DNA of 64,000 nucleotides from an uncultured virus (IMG/VR IMGVR_UViG_3300032225_002272) (IMGVR_UViG_3300032225_002272), one strand, 5' to 3'; shown: positions 10,861 to 21,494, counted from the first letter of the stretch. Made by a program: numbers and translations. Notes: a model not told the origin generated them from the letters alone.

Positions 10861-11269
10861 TTAATTTATCCAAGTTAGCATTTCGATTAATAATCTTATC
10901 ACCACCAATCAAAGCTTTTACTTGAGAGACCGAATACTTATACATTTTAGCACCGGTTAATGACTTAGCAATAATTGGATAAGTTCTATTTTTTGTTTTA
11001 ATGTCTACGATTTCATAGATACCATTAGTACCATGAAATCTCATACCTATAATATTCTGAGTGAACCCAAGTCTTCGACAGATAGCTTTATAAACATCAC
11101 CAACAGCTTCAGTTTTTTCTAAAGTCTTAACAATCATTTTAGAAGTGTAAAAAGCTTTATTATAACTGACAGTTCCAAAATCAATTTTAATATTTTCTTC
11201 TGCTTCAATTTTGAGAATTGCTGCTTTTATTCTATCTTGTACTTTCTTAATTTTAGCTTCGTCAATCAT
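10850..11269 (-). CDS. hypothetical protein
   Basis: Likely start MIDEAK downstream of TAAATTTG; ends RNANLDKLIGE. Confidence 0.7.
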   Translation of the reverse strand: MIDEAKIKKVQDRIKAAILKIEAEENIKIDFGTVSYNKAFYTSKMIVKTLEKTEAVGDVYKAICRRLGFTQNIIGMRFHGTNGIYEIVDIKTKNRTYPIIAKSLTGAKMYKYSVSQVKALIGGDKIINRNANLDKLIGE

Positions 11270-11322
11270 AGTTTTAGTTTTTAAGATTACAAATTTAAGG
11301 AAATAATTTAATATATACAAAT

Positions 11323-11913
11323 ATGATAAGAAATAGACCATTAACACCAAAAGAAAAAGAAGCTTGGGACTTCGCAAAAGAATTACATAAAGACCAAGTT
11401 AGAAAGTTTATTAATAAATCATACTTTATGGCTCACGTTCAGAAGGTTAATGGAATTGCTAAGCAATACACAACTGATGAAGATATCTTATGTGCTGCTT
11501 TACTTCACGATACAATTGAAGATTGTTTTGATGATCCAGATGTAGGTTACCATATTATTGAAGAAAAATTTGGTAAAAAAATAGCTGATATCGTACAAGA
11601 ATTAACTTCATCTAAAGATGAGATTGATAATGACTATGATAGTAAAGCTGACTATCTTATTGTTAAAATGGTTCATATGACTGATGAAGCCTTATTCATT
11701 AAGCTTTGTGATAGATTACAAAATATATCTGATGCTTTTACAGCATCTGAGAGATTTAGAAATAAATACTTTCAAGAAACTGTTCAAATTATGGACGAAT
11801 TAGAAAAGAATAGAAGATTCAACCGTATTCAAGGTTTACTTGTTAATCAGATTAAAATGAAACTTGCTAATATTAGTTCAATGTTCAAGATAAAAAGATT
11901 TAATGAGATTTAA
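11323..11913 (+). CDS. HD-domain small alarmone hydrolase-like protein (SpoT/Mesh1 HD domain)
   Basis: HKDQVRK..Y..H, AALLHDTIED, IVQELT, IKLCDRLQN. Confidence 0.85.
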   Translation: MIRNRPLTPKEKEAWDFAKELHKDQVRKFINKSYFMAHVQKVNGIAKQYTTDEDILCAALLHDTIEDCFDDPDVGYHIIEEKFGKKIADIVQELTSSKDEIDNDYDSKADYLIVKMVHMTDEALFIKLCDRLQNISDAFTASERFRNKYFQETVQIMDELEKNRRFNRIQGLLVNQIKMKLANISSMFKIKRFNEI

Positions 11914-12332
11914 TGAAATATTTAAAAACATATAAGATATTTGAATCTTATCCACCTAATAAATTTGAAATTGAATCAGAAAGATTATTTAGTAAGTTAG
12001 AATCTGATGTTAAGGATATATTTTTAGAATTAATTGATTTAGGTGTTAAAGTACATATAAATAAATATATTGATGATGTGGTATCTGAGTTTCAAATACA
12101 AATAGATTTTATTGAATCAAGTGAAAAAAAACAATTAGCTGAAGATTCTATCTTTAGATTAGAAGATTTTTTGAGTGAATATGATATTAGTTTATCTAAA
12201 ATAGAAATGGTTCAAATTGAATCTGCTAATAGACATGATTATGAACTTTATGATATAGAAGAACTTAAAGACTTAAAAAATACAGCAGGTGAAATAGACA
12301 TACTTGTTTACTTCACAAAACATAATAATTAA
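11913..12332 (+). CDS. hypothetical protein with capsid-targeting-like tag
   Basis: MKYLKTYKIFES. Confidence 0.75.
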   Translation: MKYLKTYKIFESYPPNKFEIESERLFSKLESDVKDIFLELIDLGVKVHINKYIDDVVSEFQIQIDFIESSEKKQLAEDSIFRLEDFLSEYDISLSKIEMVQIESANRHDYELYDIEELKDLKNTAGEIDILVYFTKHNN

Positions 12333-12336
12333 TAAT

Positions 12337-12777
12337 ATGAAACACTTAAAGACATATAAAATATTTGAATCTCAAGATTTTTCTTGGTTTAGAGATTTAT
12401 TTTTAGAACTTAAACACGATGGATTTAATGTTAGTGTGAAAGAATCTACTACTCAAAAATTAGATTTTTCAAGATTAGATTCTTTTGGCTCTTGGGATTT
12501 ACAAACTAAAAACTACAATATTAAAACGATTGATGTTAAAGTTGATAAAAGAATTCTTGACGAGGCAGGACAACCAACTCTTAAATCTTTTAATATAGAT
12601 GAAATAAAAGAAACCTTATTATTTGCTGAATCCTATGCTAAAGGTGAACTAGGTTTAGAATTGGAATATATTTATGTTATAAGAATACCAAGTTATACTT
12701 ATTATAAATCAGTTGATGCTTTACCAGATAATAAAGAAGTTGATTCTGTAACATTTGCTTTTAGAAAAATAGATTAA
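12337..12777 (+). CDS. hypothetical protein with capsid-targeting-like tag
   Basis: MKHLKTYKIFES (ATG at 12337). Confidence 0.75.
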   Translation: MKHLKTYKIFESQDFSWFRDLFLELKHDGFNVSVKESTTQKLDFSRLDSFGSWDLQTKNYNIKTIDVKVDKRILDEAGQPTLKSFNIDEIKETLLFAESYAKGELGLELEYIYVIRIPSYTYYKSVDALPDNKEVDSVTFAFRKID

Positions 12778-12781
12778 TATA

Positions 12782-13948
12782 ATGAAACACTTACAATCAT
12801 ATAACAACTTTAATAAAGTAAACGAAGAATTCACATCAAGTGAAAAAAGATCTATTAGATTTATACCTCAAGCTATTTTAGGATTCTTAGGTAAGAAACT
12901 ATTAGGAATCTATCCTATGTTGAATCTTAGATGGAGAGAAATGAAAAGAGCAACTACCGGCCTTAAAGATAGCCCATTTTCAACCGGTGATACAAATGTA
13001 ATGAAACATGAACTAATTAAAATGAGTATTGATGACTTACCAGAAAACAAACTTAAATTAGCAATGTTTTTAAGAGATTGGAATCTTTATTTAGCTAAAG
13101 ATTACAAGTCAACTGGTGGTGGAGAACACGGTAAAATTGGTAGAGATGTTTTTTATATTTCTAAAGATGAAATTAAATTGGGTGATACTTATAGAGGTCA
13201 AAGATTAAGTGATTCTGATATTTATCCAGAAGATGATTTTATTATGGGTAAAAATTCTAAAGGTAAACCATATCCATCTAAATTAAAAGATCCTGCTAAC
13301 TTCCCAATGATTATAATGGTAGCAAAATATGATGAATTGGAAAAGGTTAAAGAAGTTCAACAATTAGTAGATGATATCTGTTTAGAACTTGAAGATGAAT
13401 TACCAGTTAATGTAAAACCTTTCTTCAGTAAAGAACAAGACCATCTTAGTTTAGATATAAGAGTTGGTGAAAGTAGAAATCTTTTATATTCAAGTGATGT
13501 CAATTCCTTACTAACTGATGTCTCAGAAAGAATTAAAGATTATTTGAAAAGTGAAAAAATTAATTTCAATTATATTATAAAGTATAGAGTTGAAGGACCT
13601 TTATTCTATAATGGTAATGCTGGTAGATTTGGAACTGAAATAAATGTCGCTGCTTATGTCTACTCAACAAGACATGATGATGATACTGATAAGCCACTTT
13701 GGGATAGATATTATAAAACTCTTAATGTTGAAAAGTTAAGTATGAGTTATGTTTCTGATGATAAATTGATTTTAACAGGTTCTGACTTAGATACATTATT
13801 ATCTGATTTAGATAATTGTACTAAATCTTGGTCACTTAATGTTGACTTAGAAAGATATCCTGAAAGAGCAGATGATTTGAAAGAAAGAAATAAAGTAACT
13901 GAAATAAAATTAAAACAAATTTCAGTTGTATTTAAGAAAGTGAGCTAA
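12782..13948 (+). CDS. hypothetical protein with capsid-targeting-like tag
   Basis: MKHLQSYNNFNKVNEE; 388-aa ORF. Confidence 0.75.
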   Translation: MKHLQSYNNFNKVNEEFTSSEKRSIRFIPQAILGFLGKKLLGIYPMLNLRWREMKRATTGLKDSPFSTGDTNVMKHELIKMSIDDLPENKLKLAMFLRDWNLYLAKDYKSTGGGEHGKIGRDVFYISKDEIKLGDTYRGQRLSDSDIYPEDDFIMGKNSKGKPYPSKLKDPANFPMIIMVAKYDELEKVKEVQQLVDDICLELEDELPVNVKPFFSKEQDHLSLDIRVGESRNLLYSSDVNSLLTDVSERIKDYLKSEKINFNYIIKYRVEGPLFYNGNAGRFGTEINVAAYVYSTRHDDDTDKPLWDRYYKTLNVEKLSMSYVSDDKLILTGSDLDTLLSDLDNCTKSWSLNVDLERYPERADDLKERNKVTEIKLKQISVVFKKVS

Positions 13949-14120
13949 TAGCCGCTTCGTATTGTTTATCACTTAAAATCTTAACTTCTTTACCTTTATA
14001 CTCAACTTTAGTTAAGTACTTATTTGTTTTAAGTTGTTTCTGTAAAGAAAGCACAAAAGTATTTGAACCTTTGTAACCTCTAATTTGTTTGTTTAATTCT
14101 ATTTTATTTTCAAGTTCCAT
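13932..14120 (-). CDS. hypothetical protein
   Basis: 62-aa ORF, YKGSNTFVLSL..LSDKQ. Confidence 0.6.
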   Translation of the reverse strand: MELENKIELNKQIRGYKGSNTFVLSLQKQLKTNKYLTKVEYKGKEVKILSDKQYEAAISSLS

Positions 14121-14121
14121 A

Positions 14122-14358
14122 TTATTTGTTATATTTCTTTAAATTATCTTCTTTCCATAAAGGTCTTAAATTATTTAGAGAGTTAACTATAGAAGCATCA
14201 TCACTTTCATTAAAACTTGATAATGGTCTAATATGGTCAATATGCCAATCTCCATAGTTTTCCCAAGACATTCCTTCTAAAAACAAACTTTCAATGTGTA
14301 TCTTTAAATCTTCGCTTGAATAACCAAGTTGATTTTCAGTTTTTGATGTTTTTTTAAT
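14122..14358 (-). pseudogene. HNH endonuclease C-terminal remnant lacking a start
   Basis: Frame reads LGYSSEDLKIHIESLFLEGMSWENYGDWHIDHIRPLSSF..NLRPLWKEDNLKK*. Confidence 0.7.
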
Positions 14359-14504
14359 TTAGTCATGCCACAATTTTCACCGTCTAATTTTTCAGTAATA
14401 ACAATATCAATACCTAACAGACTTTCAACTCCGTTTGATATCCTATCGTCATTGGTAGAACCAGGTGACCAAGGTAAATGATATGTTCGGTTGTATTTTG
14501 ACAT
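14304..14504 (-). pseudogene. truncated RNA ligase (N-terminal fragment)
   Basis: KYNRTYHLPWSPG..VITEKLDGEN motif I, then the similarity stops. Confidence 0.7.
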
Positions 14505-14548
14505 TTTACAAATATATATAAAAATTGATTTAAAAAAAAGAAAGTTGG

Positions 14549-14815
14549 TTATTTAACCAACTTTTCTTCTAGTGTTATATGTTCTGTCCATTCAGATACT
14601 AAATTCAATCCATCTGATTTTAGTAGGTTTTTAAGAGACCCAATTATGTGATTAATATAAACACCTTTTTTTGGGTAATAAAGTTTTGCCATAATGTAAC
14701 CTAATTCTGTTACATAGATTTCCTTTAGAGTGGCTTTGCCGTCAGGGGTATCCACTTCTGAATTAACAATGTTTTTCAATTCATAAATATTGATTTTTTT
14801 ATCTTTTATGGTCAT
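14549..14815 (-). CDS. hypothetical protein
   Basis: 88-aa ORF. Confidence 0.6.
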   Translation of the reverse strand: MTIKDKKINIYELKNIVNSEVDTPDGKATLKEIYVTELGYIMAKLYYPKKGVYINHIIGSLKNLLKSDGLNLVSEWTEHITLEEKLVK

Positions 14816-14989
14816 AAAAGTGAGATTATATATTACATTTTTTTATAATTTTTCTTGATTTTTTGAATAATTTTCAACTTTTTTTCAACTTTATTTTAAA
14901 AGTACTGTATCTATTGATTTATATAGATAATTTCATTTTAGAAAACTTTGTATCTCTGATACACTATAATAAAAAAATAATATAATTAA

Positions 14990-15475
14990 ATGACTATAAA
15001 AATTTATCCAGAGGATATTGTAAGAATGTGTTTATGGGATCATTATGTTTACTACATCATAGGATCAGAGAAGGAATCAGAAAAATTACTGAAAGAAAAT
15101 GCTGAAATGGAACTATCAGAAAGAGACGCTCTTGTTATTGGTTTATTAAAAGTTATTGAAACTGATAATCTTATACATAAATTCAACTCTTATATAATGG
15201 AGTTCTTAACAAACAAATCCATTAAAGAAAAAGAATATCTACTTGTTAGAAAGAAAACATTTGACTTTGCTATTGATAAGTTTGTTGATAAATTTCCTGA
15301 CTATTGGGAGCCAAATTCAACTTGGTCAAGATCACTAAAAGAATTAGTTGATTATGTTGAAATTATGAAAATTGAAGTAGAGAAACTTGAAATACATAAA
15401 ATTGTAGACAAAAATGTAACTTATGAGTTTTATAACTCAAACAATATAAGAAAACTATTAAAATTTAACTATTAA
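14990..15475 (+). CDS. hypothetical protein
   Basis: 161-aa ORF heading the grpE-dnaJ run. Confidence 0.7.
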   Translation: MTIKIYPEDIVRMCLWDHYVYYIIGSEKESEKLLKENAEMELSERDALVIGLLKVIETDNLIHKFNSYIMEFLTNKSIKEKEYLLVRKKTFDFAIDKFVDKFPDYWEPNSTWSRSLKELVDYVEIMKIEVEKLEIHKIVDKNVTYEFYNSNNIRKLLKFNY

Positions 15476-15479
15476 TACT

Positions 15480-15917
15480 ATGGAAGAAAATCAAATTGAA
15501 AATGAACAAACATTAGTTGAAAAGTTGGCAGAAGCTGAAGATAAGTATGTTCGTCTTTATGCTGAATTTGAAAACTACAAAAGAAGAGTCCAAAAAGACA
15601 AAGAAGAAATTAAATTTAACACTAAAGTTAATATGGTTTCTCCTATTCTTGATATGGACAATGATGTAGCCATTGCTATTAAAAACATCAAAGATGAGTC
15701 AGCAAAACAAGGCGTTCAACTAATTGCTCAAAAGCTTGAGAACTTCTTAAAGTCTCAAGGTATTGAAACTATTCAAACTGAAACTTATGATGATGAGCTA
15801 CATGAAGTTATTAGTGTAGTTCCTACTGGTAAATCAGAAGTTATAGATGTTGTTAGTAAAGGTTATTCTTTAAATGGTAAACCTTTCAGACACCCAAAAA
15901 TTGTTATTGGTAAATAA
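15480..15917 (+). CDS. grpE: nucleotide exchange factor GrpE
   Basis: YVRLYAEFENYKRR, LHEVI, KGYSLNGK..RHPKIV. Confidence 0.92.
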   Translation: MEENQIENEQTLVEKLAEAEDKYVRLYAEFENYKRRVQKDKEEIKFNTKVNMVSPILDMDNDVAIAIKNIKDESAKQGVQLIAQKLENFLKSQGIETIQTETYDDELHEVISVVPTGKSEVIDVVSKGYSLNGKPFRHPKIVIGK

Positions 15918-16516
15918 TGTCAAGAGAGGTAGAAAACAAAAAAAGTTTCTTAGATCTTTATAAAGATGAACTTTATAAAAAAACTATAATTGATGCACTT
16001 TGTCAAGGTATAGATAGTAAATATCTTAACTCATTTAAATCTTTATTAGAATATGTTATTGATGAAAAATATAATTTATTTGATAGAGAAGAATTCAAAG
16101 GAGCTTTATACTTAGATGATGATGAAACTTTAGATCTTATTCTACCAGCAGTTAAAAGAGTATTTGGTAAAATTTTTATTGACCCACCAACTCTTTTCAA
16201 AGATTTCAGTTATGGCAGAGCTTTACCAGAAAATAAAAGATACAAGTTATTTACTATGTACTTTAATATTGATGAGTTTATTGATTATTTAATTGATATG
16301 TTTATCAAGTCAAAAAATTGTTTAGAACATTTTGAACATATTGATAGAACAGTTGAAACATTGACATTAATTGTTGATAATTATGTAGCTGGTTTAGTTC
16401 AACAAGTTAGAGATATTGGTGACCACGAACAAGCTATTGATAATCTCATTAAACAGTATAAAAGAGAAGAAACTATAAATCAAATCTTTGAAGAAAATAA
16501 AGATGAGTTGTTATGA
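15917..16516 (+). CDS. hypothetical protein
   Basis: Translationally coupled; KREETINQIF near the C-terminus. Confidence 0.7.
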   Translation: MSREVENKKSFLDLYKDELYKKTIIDALCQGIDSKYLNSFKSLLEYVIDEKYNLFDREEFKGALYLDDDETLDLILPAVKRVFGKIFIDPPTLFKDFSYGRALPENKRYKLFTMYFNIDEFIDYLIDMFIKSKNCLEHFEHIDRTVETLTLIVDNYVAGLVQQVRDIGDHEQAIDNLIKQYKREETINQIFEENKDELL

Positions 16517-16833
16517 TAGATTGGTATGTAGAAATATCTGAATCAGCACCAGAAGGATTCAAAAATGATAAGTATTTGGGAAATGTTATAGATACTGCTT
16601 CACCTTGTATGGATTACTTCTGTAATCGATTAACTGATATGAAGGATTGGAAGCTAGAAGATGCTAATACTATCTTCAAAGAAATTATAGAAGAGCTTCC
16701 GATTATGACGGCGCATGTTTATAACAATAAGTTCAGAATAAAGTATAATAATTGGGTTACTATAAAACTGACTGAAACACCCGTACAAATATATAGAGAT
16801 TCAAAAATAAAACAAATATTGGCATATGAGTAA
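16513..16833 (+). CDS. hypothetical protein
   Basis: ATGA overlap; ends [12 protein letters not shown]. Confidence 0.7.
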   Translation: MIDWYVEISESAPEGFKNDKYLGNVIDTASPCMDYFCNRLTDMKDWKLEDANTIFKEIIEELPIMTAHVYNNKFRIKYNNWVTIKLTETPVQIYRDSKIKQILAYE

Positions 16834-17878
16834 AGATTATTACAACATATTAGGCGTAGATAGAAACGCCTCAGATGATGAGATTAAAAAAGCATATAGA
16901 AAAAAAGCTATGGAATTTCATCCAGACAAAAATCCTGATAATCCATCAGCAGAAGCTAAATTCAAAGAAGCGGCTGAAGCTTATGATGTTTTATCAACTC
17001 CAGATAAAAAATCTAACTATGATAGATTTGGTTCATCAAGTGGCGGTGGAAATCCATTTGGTGGTGGATTCAATATGGAAGATATCTTCAGTAACTTTGG
17101 TGATATCTTTGGTGGTGCATTTAATCAAAGGTATGGTGGTGGTCAAAGACCACAAAGCAGAGGATCCAATCTAAGAATTAAAGTTACTTTGAGCATTGAT
17201 GAAATATTAAAAGGTACTTCTAAGAAATTAAAATACAAAAGACAAGATAAGTGTACAACTTGTTCTGGTAAAGGCGGCACTGATGTTAGAAATTGTATTC
17301 CTTGTAATGGCACCGGACAAAGAACAGTTGTACAGAACACACCATTCGGTCAAATAAGACAAGCTACTTCTTGTCCTGATTGTGCTGGAAGTGGTCAACA
17401 AGTACATAGTAAATGTAATGATTGTAAAGGTGATGGCACTGTAGTTAAAGAACAAACGGTTGATGTTGAAATTCCAGCAGGTGTTTCAAACGGAATGCAA
17501 CTATCTATGAATGGCTTTGGTAATCATATTAGAAATGGACAAGCAGGTGACTTACATATTATTATTGAAGAAGAAAGAGATTTTTCATTTAAGAGAGAAA
17601 ATAATAACATTATTGTTGAAAAAACGATTTCAGTTATTGATGCTATTATTGGATCTAATGTTAAAGTTAAAACACCACACGGTGAAATGACTGTAGCAAT
17701 TGAACCAGGAACTGAACATGGTAAAGTCATTAGAATGAGTGGTAAAGGTATTCCTGATATTCAATATGGTATGGGTGACTTGTATATTAAGATATCAGTA
17801 AAAATACCTAAAAACATTGAACTTGATGAGAAATTAGCTCTTGAAAAATTGAGAAAATCTAAAAACTTTGAAGTATGA
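16826..17878 (+). CDS. dnaJ: chaperone DnaJ
   Basis: J domain with HPD, G/F-rich region, four CxxCxGxG repeats. Confidence 0.97.
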   Translation: MSKDYYNILGVDRNASDDEIKKAYRKKAMEFHPDKNPDNPSAEAKFKEAAEAYDVLSTPDKKSNYDRFGSSSGGGNPFGGGFNMEDIFSNFGDIFGGAFNQRYGGGQRPQSRGSNLRIKVTLSIDEILKGTSKKLKYKRQDKCTTCSGKGGTDVRNCIPCNGTGQRTVVQNTPFGQIRQATSCPDCAGSGQQVHSKCNDCKGDGTVVKEQTVDVEIPAGVSNGMQLSMNGFGNHIRNGQAGDLHIIIEEERDFSFKRENNNIIVEKTISVIDAIIGSNVKVKTPHGEMTVAIEPGTEHGKVIRMSGKGIPDIQYGMGDLYIKISVKIPKNIELDEKLALEKLRKSKNFEV

Positions 17879-18099
17879 TAAAAACAATTACGGAATTAGT
17901 TCAAAATACTTGGCATGTAACTTCTTCTATTAATACAATTAAATCTCATAGTCCATCAACAGGTGATGTTTACTATGATACTAATAAAAGTAAAACTTAT
18001 ATATTTGATGGAGGTAATTGGAAAGAGTTAATAGTCTCTGAAAAAGATACTCTCAATCATAAAAGAATGAAAAAAATTAAAAGACTATTCAATGAATAG
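17875..18099 (+). CDS. hypothetical protein
   Basis: [15 protein letters not shown]; ends [12 protein letters not shown]. Confidence 0.6.
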   Translation: MIKTITELVQNTWHVTSSINTIKSHSPSTGDVYYDTNKSKTYIFDGGNWKELIVSEKDTLNHKRMKKIKRLFNE

Positions 18100-18124
18100 T
18101 CTTTTTTATTTTAATATATAATTT

Positions 18125-18862
18125 ATGAAGTACATTAAACTTTATGAAGATTATTTAGACAACTCAACCAGAGATCATTCTGGTGAGAAAATTGAAGTTG
18201 TTGATTCACCTGATACAAGAGTAAGAATTGAAAATGGTAAACTTGTATGTGGTAATGTATTTTATCACGGAGCAATGATTAATGATGTTACTAAAGAAGA
18301 ACTACCACAATACTTTTCTAAAAAAGAAACAAGATTTGAAATAAAGTTAAAAAGATTATCAGGTAAAGCACATGAGGCTTTATTCATTACTCCTTCTTTT
18401 AGAGAATCTTTAGCTTGGGCAATCGCAAATGTTGGAGAAGAATTTAAAAATAAAGAATTACCAGCAAATGTTGTTCCATCTGTATATAAAGTTACACTGA
18501 AACCTGGAATACTTTTAGAATATAAAGTTATTACTCACTTCTCATACGGTGATAAAGAACGATTAGAAAGTAATGGTTGTTGTGGAAGTTATGGTGGTGT
18601 TAATAAAACTTCTTCAAGTTTACATATGAGTGAATGTGGAATAATAAATCCTTCTTGTATTCTTAATTGGGAATTAGTTAAAGGCGATGATGTAGTAAAA
18701 GGAATTTATTCAGATAAATATAATGATAAACATTTTAATAAAAACTTAACTAAAGACCAGTTTGAGAAATTGATGTTAAGTTGGAATGTCGAAAGAAATG
18801 ATCCAAGATGGAACGAGTACAAAGACCAGTTTCTAAATCCTTGGTATAAAAATAGTTTATAA
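18125..18862 (+). CDS. putative ADP-ribosyltransferase-fold protein with capsid-targeting-like tag
   Basis: MKYIKLYED; FYHGA..LFITPS..YKVTLKP..E pattern. Confidence 0.55.
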   Translation: MKYIKLYEDYLDNSTRDHSGEKIEVVDSPDTRVRIENGKLVCGNVFYHGAMINDVTKEELPQYFSKKETRFEIKLKRLSGKAHEALFITPSFRESLAWAIANVGEEFKNKELPANVVPSVYKVTLKPGILLEYKVITHFSYGDKERLESNGCCGSYGGVNKTSSSLHMSECGIINPSCILNWELVKGDDVVKGIYSDKYNDKHFNKNLTKDQFEKLMLSWNVERNDPRWNEYKDQFLNPWYKNSL

Positions 18863-18866
18863 AATA

Positions 18867-19562
18867 ATGAAATACTTAAAGTTATTTGAAGATTATAAAT
18901 CAGATGATGTTATTAATAAAATATGGTATCACGGTTCAACAAATGATATTACTAAAGATGATTTGGATCCATTATATCGTCACTCACAAAAGTACAAAGA
19001 TAATTATGACTTTAAACATGCATGGCAAAGTACTGGATCTAGTGACGGTGGTATAGGAATTTATTTTGGTTCTAAGAAAGATGAATATGGTCCTTTTGGT
19101 GCTCTTCAATATTCTGGATTTAGCAACCATGCACCTGGATTAACTCAAGGCTTTATATATGAAATGAAATTAAAACCTAATGCAAATATTCAAATTGGGT
19201 CAGGTGAGTATAATTTAGCAAACTTATCAATGAATAGTTATAATAATCTTAGAAAAAATGGAGTTGATGGTCTTATTGATAATCTGAAAGAACTTAATTT
19301 AATAAACTCAGAAGCTGTTGAGTACTTCAAGAAGATTGAGTATTGGAAAGAAATACCAGTTGTTTATCCAATGGGTAATAATGGTAAACCTAAAAGAGAT
19401 AAGGCTATTCTTTTTGATAATGAAGAAGAATTAAAAAACTACTTAACTAAAAACTTAGGTGAATACGACACAGTTGACTTAGACGGACGAACTCTTTATA
19501 TGCCAAAAGAAAGAAATGGTGTAGTATTAGAAAGAGGCTCTGAAAGAAAATGGTTCAAGTAA
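18867..19562 (+). CDS. putative ADP-ribosyltransferase-fold protein with capsid-targeting-like tag
   Basis: MKYLKLFED; WYHGS..GIGIYFG..YEMKLKP..GVDGL..E pattern. Confidence 0.6.
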   Translation: MKYLKLFEDYKSDDVINKIWYHGSTNDITKDDLDPLYRHSQKYKDNYDFKHAWQSTGSSDGGIGIYFGSKKDEYGPFGALQYSGFSNHAPGLTQGFIYEMKLKPNANIQIGSGEYNLANLSMNSYNNLRKNGVDGLIDNLKELNLINSEAVEYFKKIEYWKEIPVVYPMGNNGKPKRDKAILFDNEEELKNYLTKNLGEYDTVDLDGRTLYMPKERNGVVLERGSERKWFK

Positions 19563-19566
19563 AAAG

Positions 19567-19755
19567 TTATTCAAATGAATAGCTTTTTTTATGCTTAGGA
19601 TTTCTTGTATAATCTTTTACGGATTTATGAGCTTTATGAGTAGCAACCCATCCAGTTGAGTTAACTAAATCTATTTCACGACCAGCCGCTCTATTAGCTT
19701 TAAGAGCATCCTCTTTTGTGAACTTACCAAGATTTATAATTTTACCGTTTTTCAT
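19567..19755 (-). CDS. small basic hypothetical protein
   Basis: KANRAAGREI..HKSVKDYTR; host-type promoter upstream. Confidence 0.65.
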   Translation of the reverse strand: MKNGKIINLGKFTKEDALKANRAAGREIDLVNSTGWVATHKAHKSVKDYTRNPKHKKSYSFE

Positions 19756-19787
19756 AGCCGTAGTGATTATTTGTTTGTTTTGTTATA

Positions 19788-19829
19788 CAAAGATAAGCAT
19801 AATAAGTGAAAATGCCAAATTAATATATA
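19788..19829. promoter_or_regulatory. divergent promoter pair: minus TTTG-N20-TATCTTTG and plus TAATATATA
   Basis: caaagata 19788-19795, caaa 19816-19819, taatatata 19821-19829. Confidence 0.7.
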
Positions 19830-19849
19830 AGTAAAATAAAGATAATTTT

Positions 19850-20650
19850 ATGTCAGATGTAAATAGATATGGAGATACATATGTGCCTTATCAAGGTGGA
19901 TATACAATCGAAGAGTTGGTTGACTTAGTTCAAAATGAGTTAACAATATCATGTGCTTTGCCAAAAACTTTACCTGATGCTAATATCAGACAAATTATTG
20001 AAACAAGAGCACTTCCTTGGTTCTATCGTAGCTATCAATATGCTGTTCAAAAGTTATATTATTTTATTGATAAACAAGCTTTCTTTGAAGAAGAATTTAC
20101 AAGATATAATTATGTAAATGTGCCTTGTGAAATTCAAACTGTAGTTTATCTTTATGAAGTTAGAGGTGATAGTTTATTTCAATTAGGTATCAACTCACCT
20201 AACTTATCAGTTAACTTGGGTGTTACTAACCAGCCTTACTTATCTTCATATGTTACTACAATTGGTGAATTAGGTGTTTATAAAACAGTATTAGATAATA
20301 TGTCCGATATGTTAAATCAAATGAATAAATATACTTTAAGATATCAATTCAATCAACTGAATCATAGATTACATATCTTAACTAATGTTAAACACCATGT
20401 TATTATGGAAGCTTATGCTAATATCCCACAAGAAAACTTATTCAAAGATGATTTATTCTTTAAGTATGTTACTGGATATTGTAAACAACAATTAGGTAAC
20501 TTAATGGGTCGTTATGATTTTACTTTACCAGGTGGTGTTAAAATTCAAGCAGCAGACTTAGTCACTCAAGGTAAAGAAGAAGTAAAAGAAGTTGAAGAAG
20601 AAATAAAAGGACAATCAACATCAAGTTGGTTCTATATGGTAAAACGATAA
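19850..20650 (+). CDS. neck/head-tail connector protein (T4 gp13-like)
   Basis: C-terminal KQQLG..YDFTLPGGVKI..GKEEVKEVEEEI, typical of gp13-like neck proteins. Confidence 0.7.
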   Translation: MSDVNRYGDTYVPYQGGYTIEELVDLVQNELTISCALPKTLPDANIRQIIETRALPWFYRSYQYAVQKLYYFIDKQAFFEEEFTRYNYVNVPCEIQTVVYLYEVRGDSLFQLGINSPNLSVNLGVTNQPYLSSYVTTIGELGVYKTVLDNMSDMLNQMNKYTLRYQFNQLNHRLHILTNVKHHVIMEAYANIPQENLFKDDLFFKYVTGYCKQQLGNLMGRYDFTLPGGVKIQAADLVTQGKEEVKEVEEEIKGQSTSSWFYMVKR

Positions 20651-20675
20651 GATTACCATACTTAGATATAAAATA

Positions 20676-20701
20676 AAAAAAACCACTTAAAGTGGTTTTT
20701 T
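20676..20701. terminator. bidirectional intrinsic terminator
   Basis: AAAACCACT-TAA-AGTGGTTTT. Confidence 0.7.
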
Positions 20702-20705
20702 ATTT

Positions 20706-21179
20706 TTAAATAATTCTAATTACTAATTTAATATTTTCAATGGCTGTGTTATCGTCTAATGAATTAAAATCGTCCGGTGATACTCTTTCATCATTAACTT
20801 TAATTATCACCTTAGATTCAGGATAAACCTCTGTAATGATACTCGATGTTAATGTAACATACTCTTTTATATCACCTATCTGAAACTCACCTTCTAATTT
20901 AACAATATTTACTTTGTATAAAGACTTGAACTTACCGTAAGTTGTAGTACCATCTTCATTTTGATAAACATCACTTTCTCTAAAATAAACAGAGATTTTA
21001 TATTTAGCATCTTCGGATAGATAGTAAGTTATATTGTCTATTAGTTTGGATAAATCTTTAGATAATTCAGGTAAAGAAGGTCTTAATTCAGTTATAACAC
21101 TAACCAATTCAATAACTTCCTCTTTATCTAAAGAATCAACTTTTACTTTTCCTGAAAACTTGTTAAATTCAACTATCAT
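20706..21179 (-). CDS. hypothetical protein
   Basis: 157-aa ORF starting MIVEFNKF. Confidence 0.65.
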   Translation of the reverse strand: MIVEFNKFSGKVKVDSLDKEEVIELVSVITELRPSLPELSKDLSKLIDNITYYLSEDAKYKISVYFRESDVYQNEDGTTTYGKFKSLYKVNIVKLEGEFQIGDIKEYVTLTSSIITEVYPESKVIIKVNDERVSPDDFNSLDDNTAIENIKLVIRII

Positions 21180-21200
21180 AATATTTAATATATATAAAAT

Positions 21201-21494
21201 ATGGAATACAAAATAATAAATAGAACTCTTTATATCTGTGATAAATGGGGAAACTTAGGTCGTAGAATATCAGAAAATGTTGTTTTTGGAACATTTGATG
21301 ATGAAACATCTACTTTCTTAGTAACTAAATCTGACGGTAAAGTCGAGCTTAAAGATTTGAACGGTACCGTAAGAAGAGTTATATCAAAAGATGGATTTGA
21401 GGCAAGATTCCAAGGCAATGATATAATACTAAGAAAGAAAGATGGTAGAACTTGTATAGTTGATAGATCAGGTAATATACAAAGATATCTTTAA
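21201..21494 (+). CDS. hypothetical beta-repeat protein
   Basis: Repeated DxxG/KxDG strands; TAATATATA at 21186. Confidence 0.65.
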   Translation: MEYKIINRTLYICDKWGNLGRRISENVVFGTFDDETSTFLVTKSDGKVELKDLNGTVRRVISKDGFEARFQGNDIILRKKDGRTCIVDRSGNIQRYL

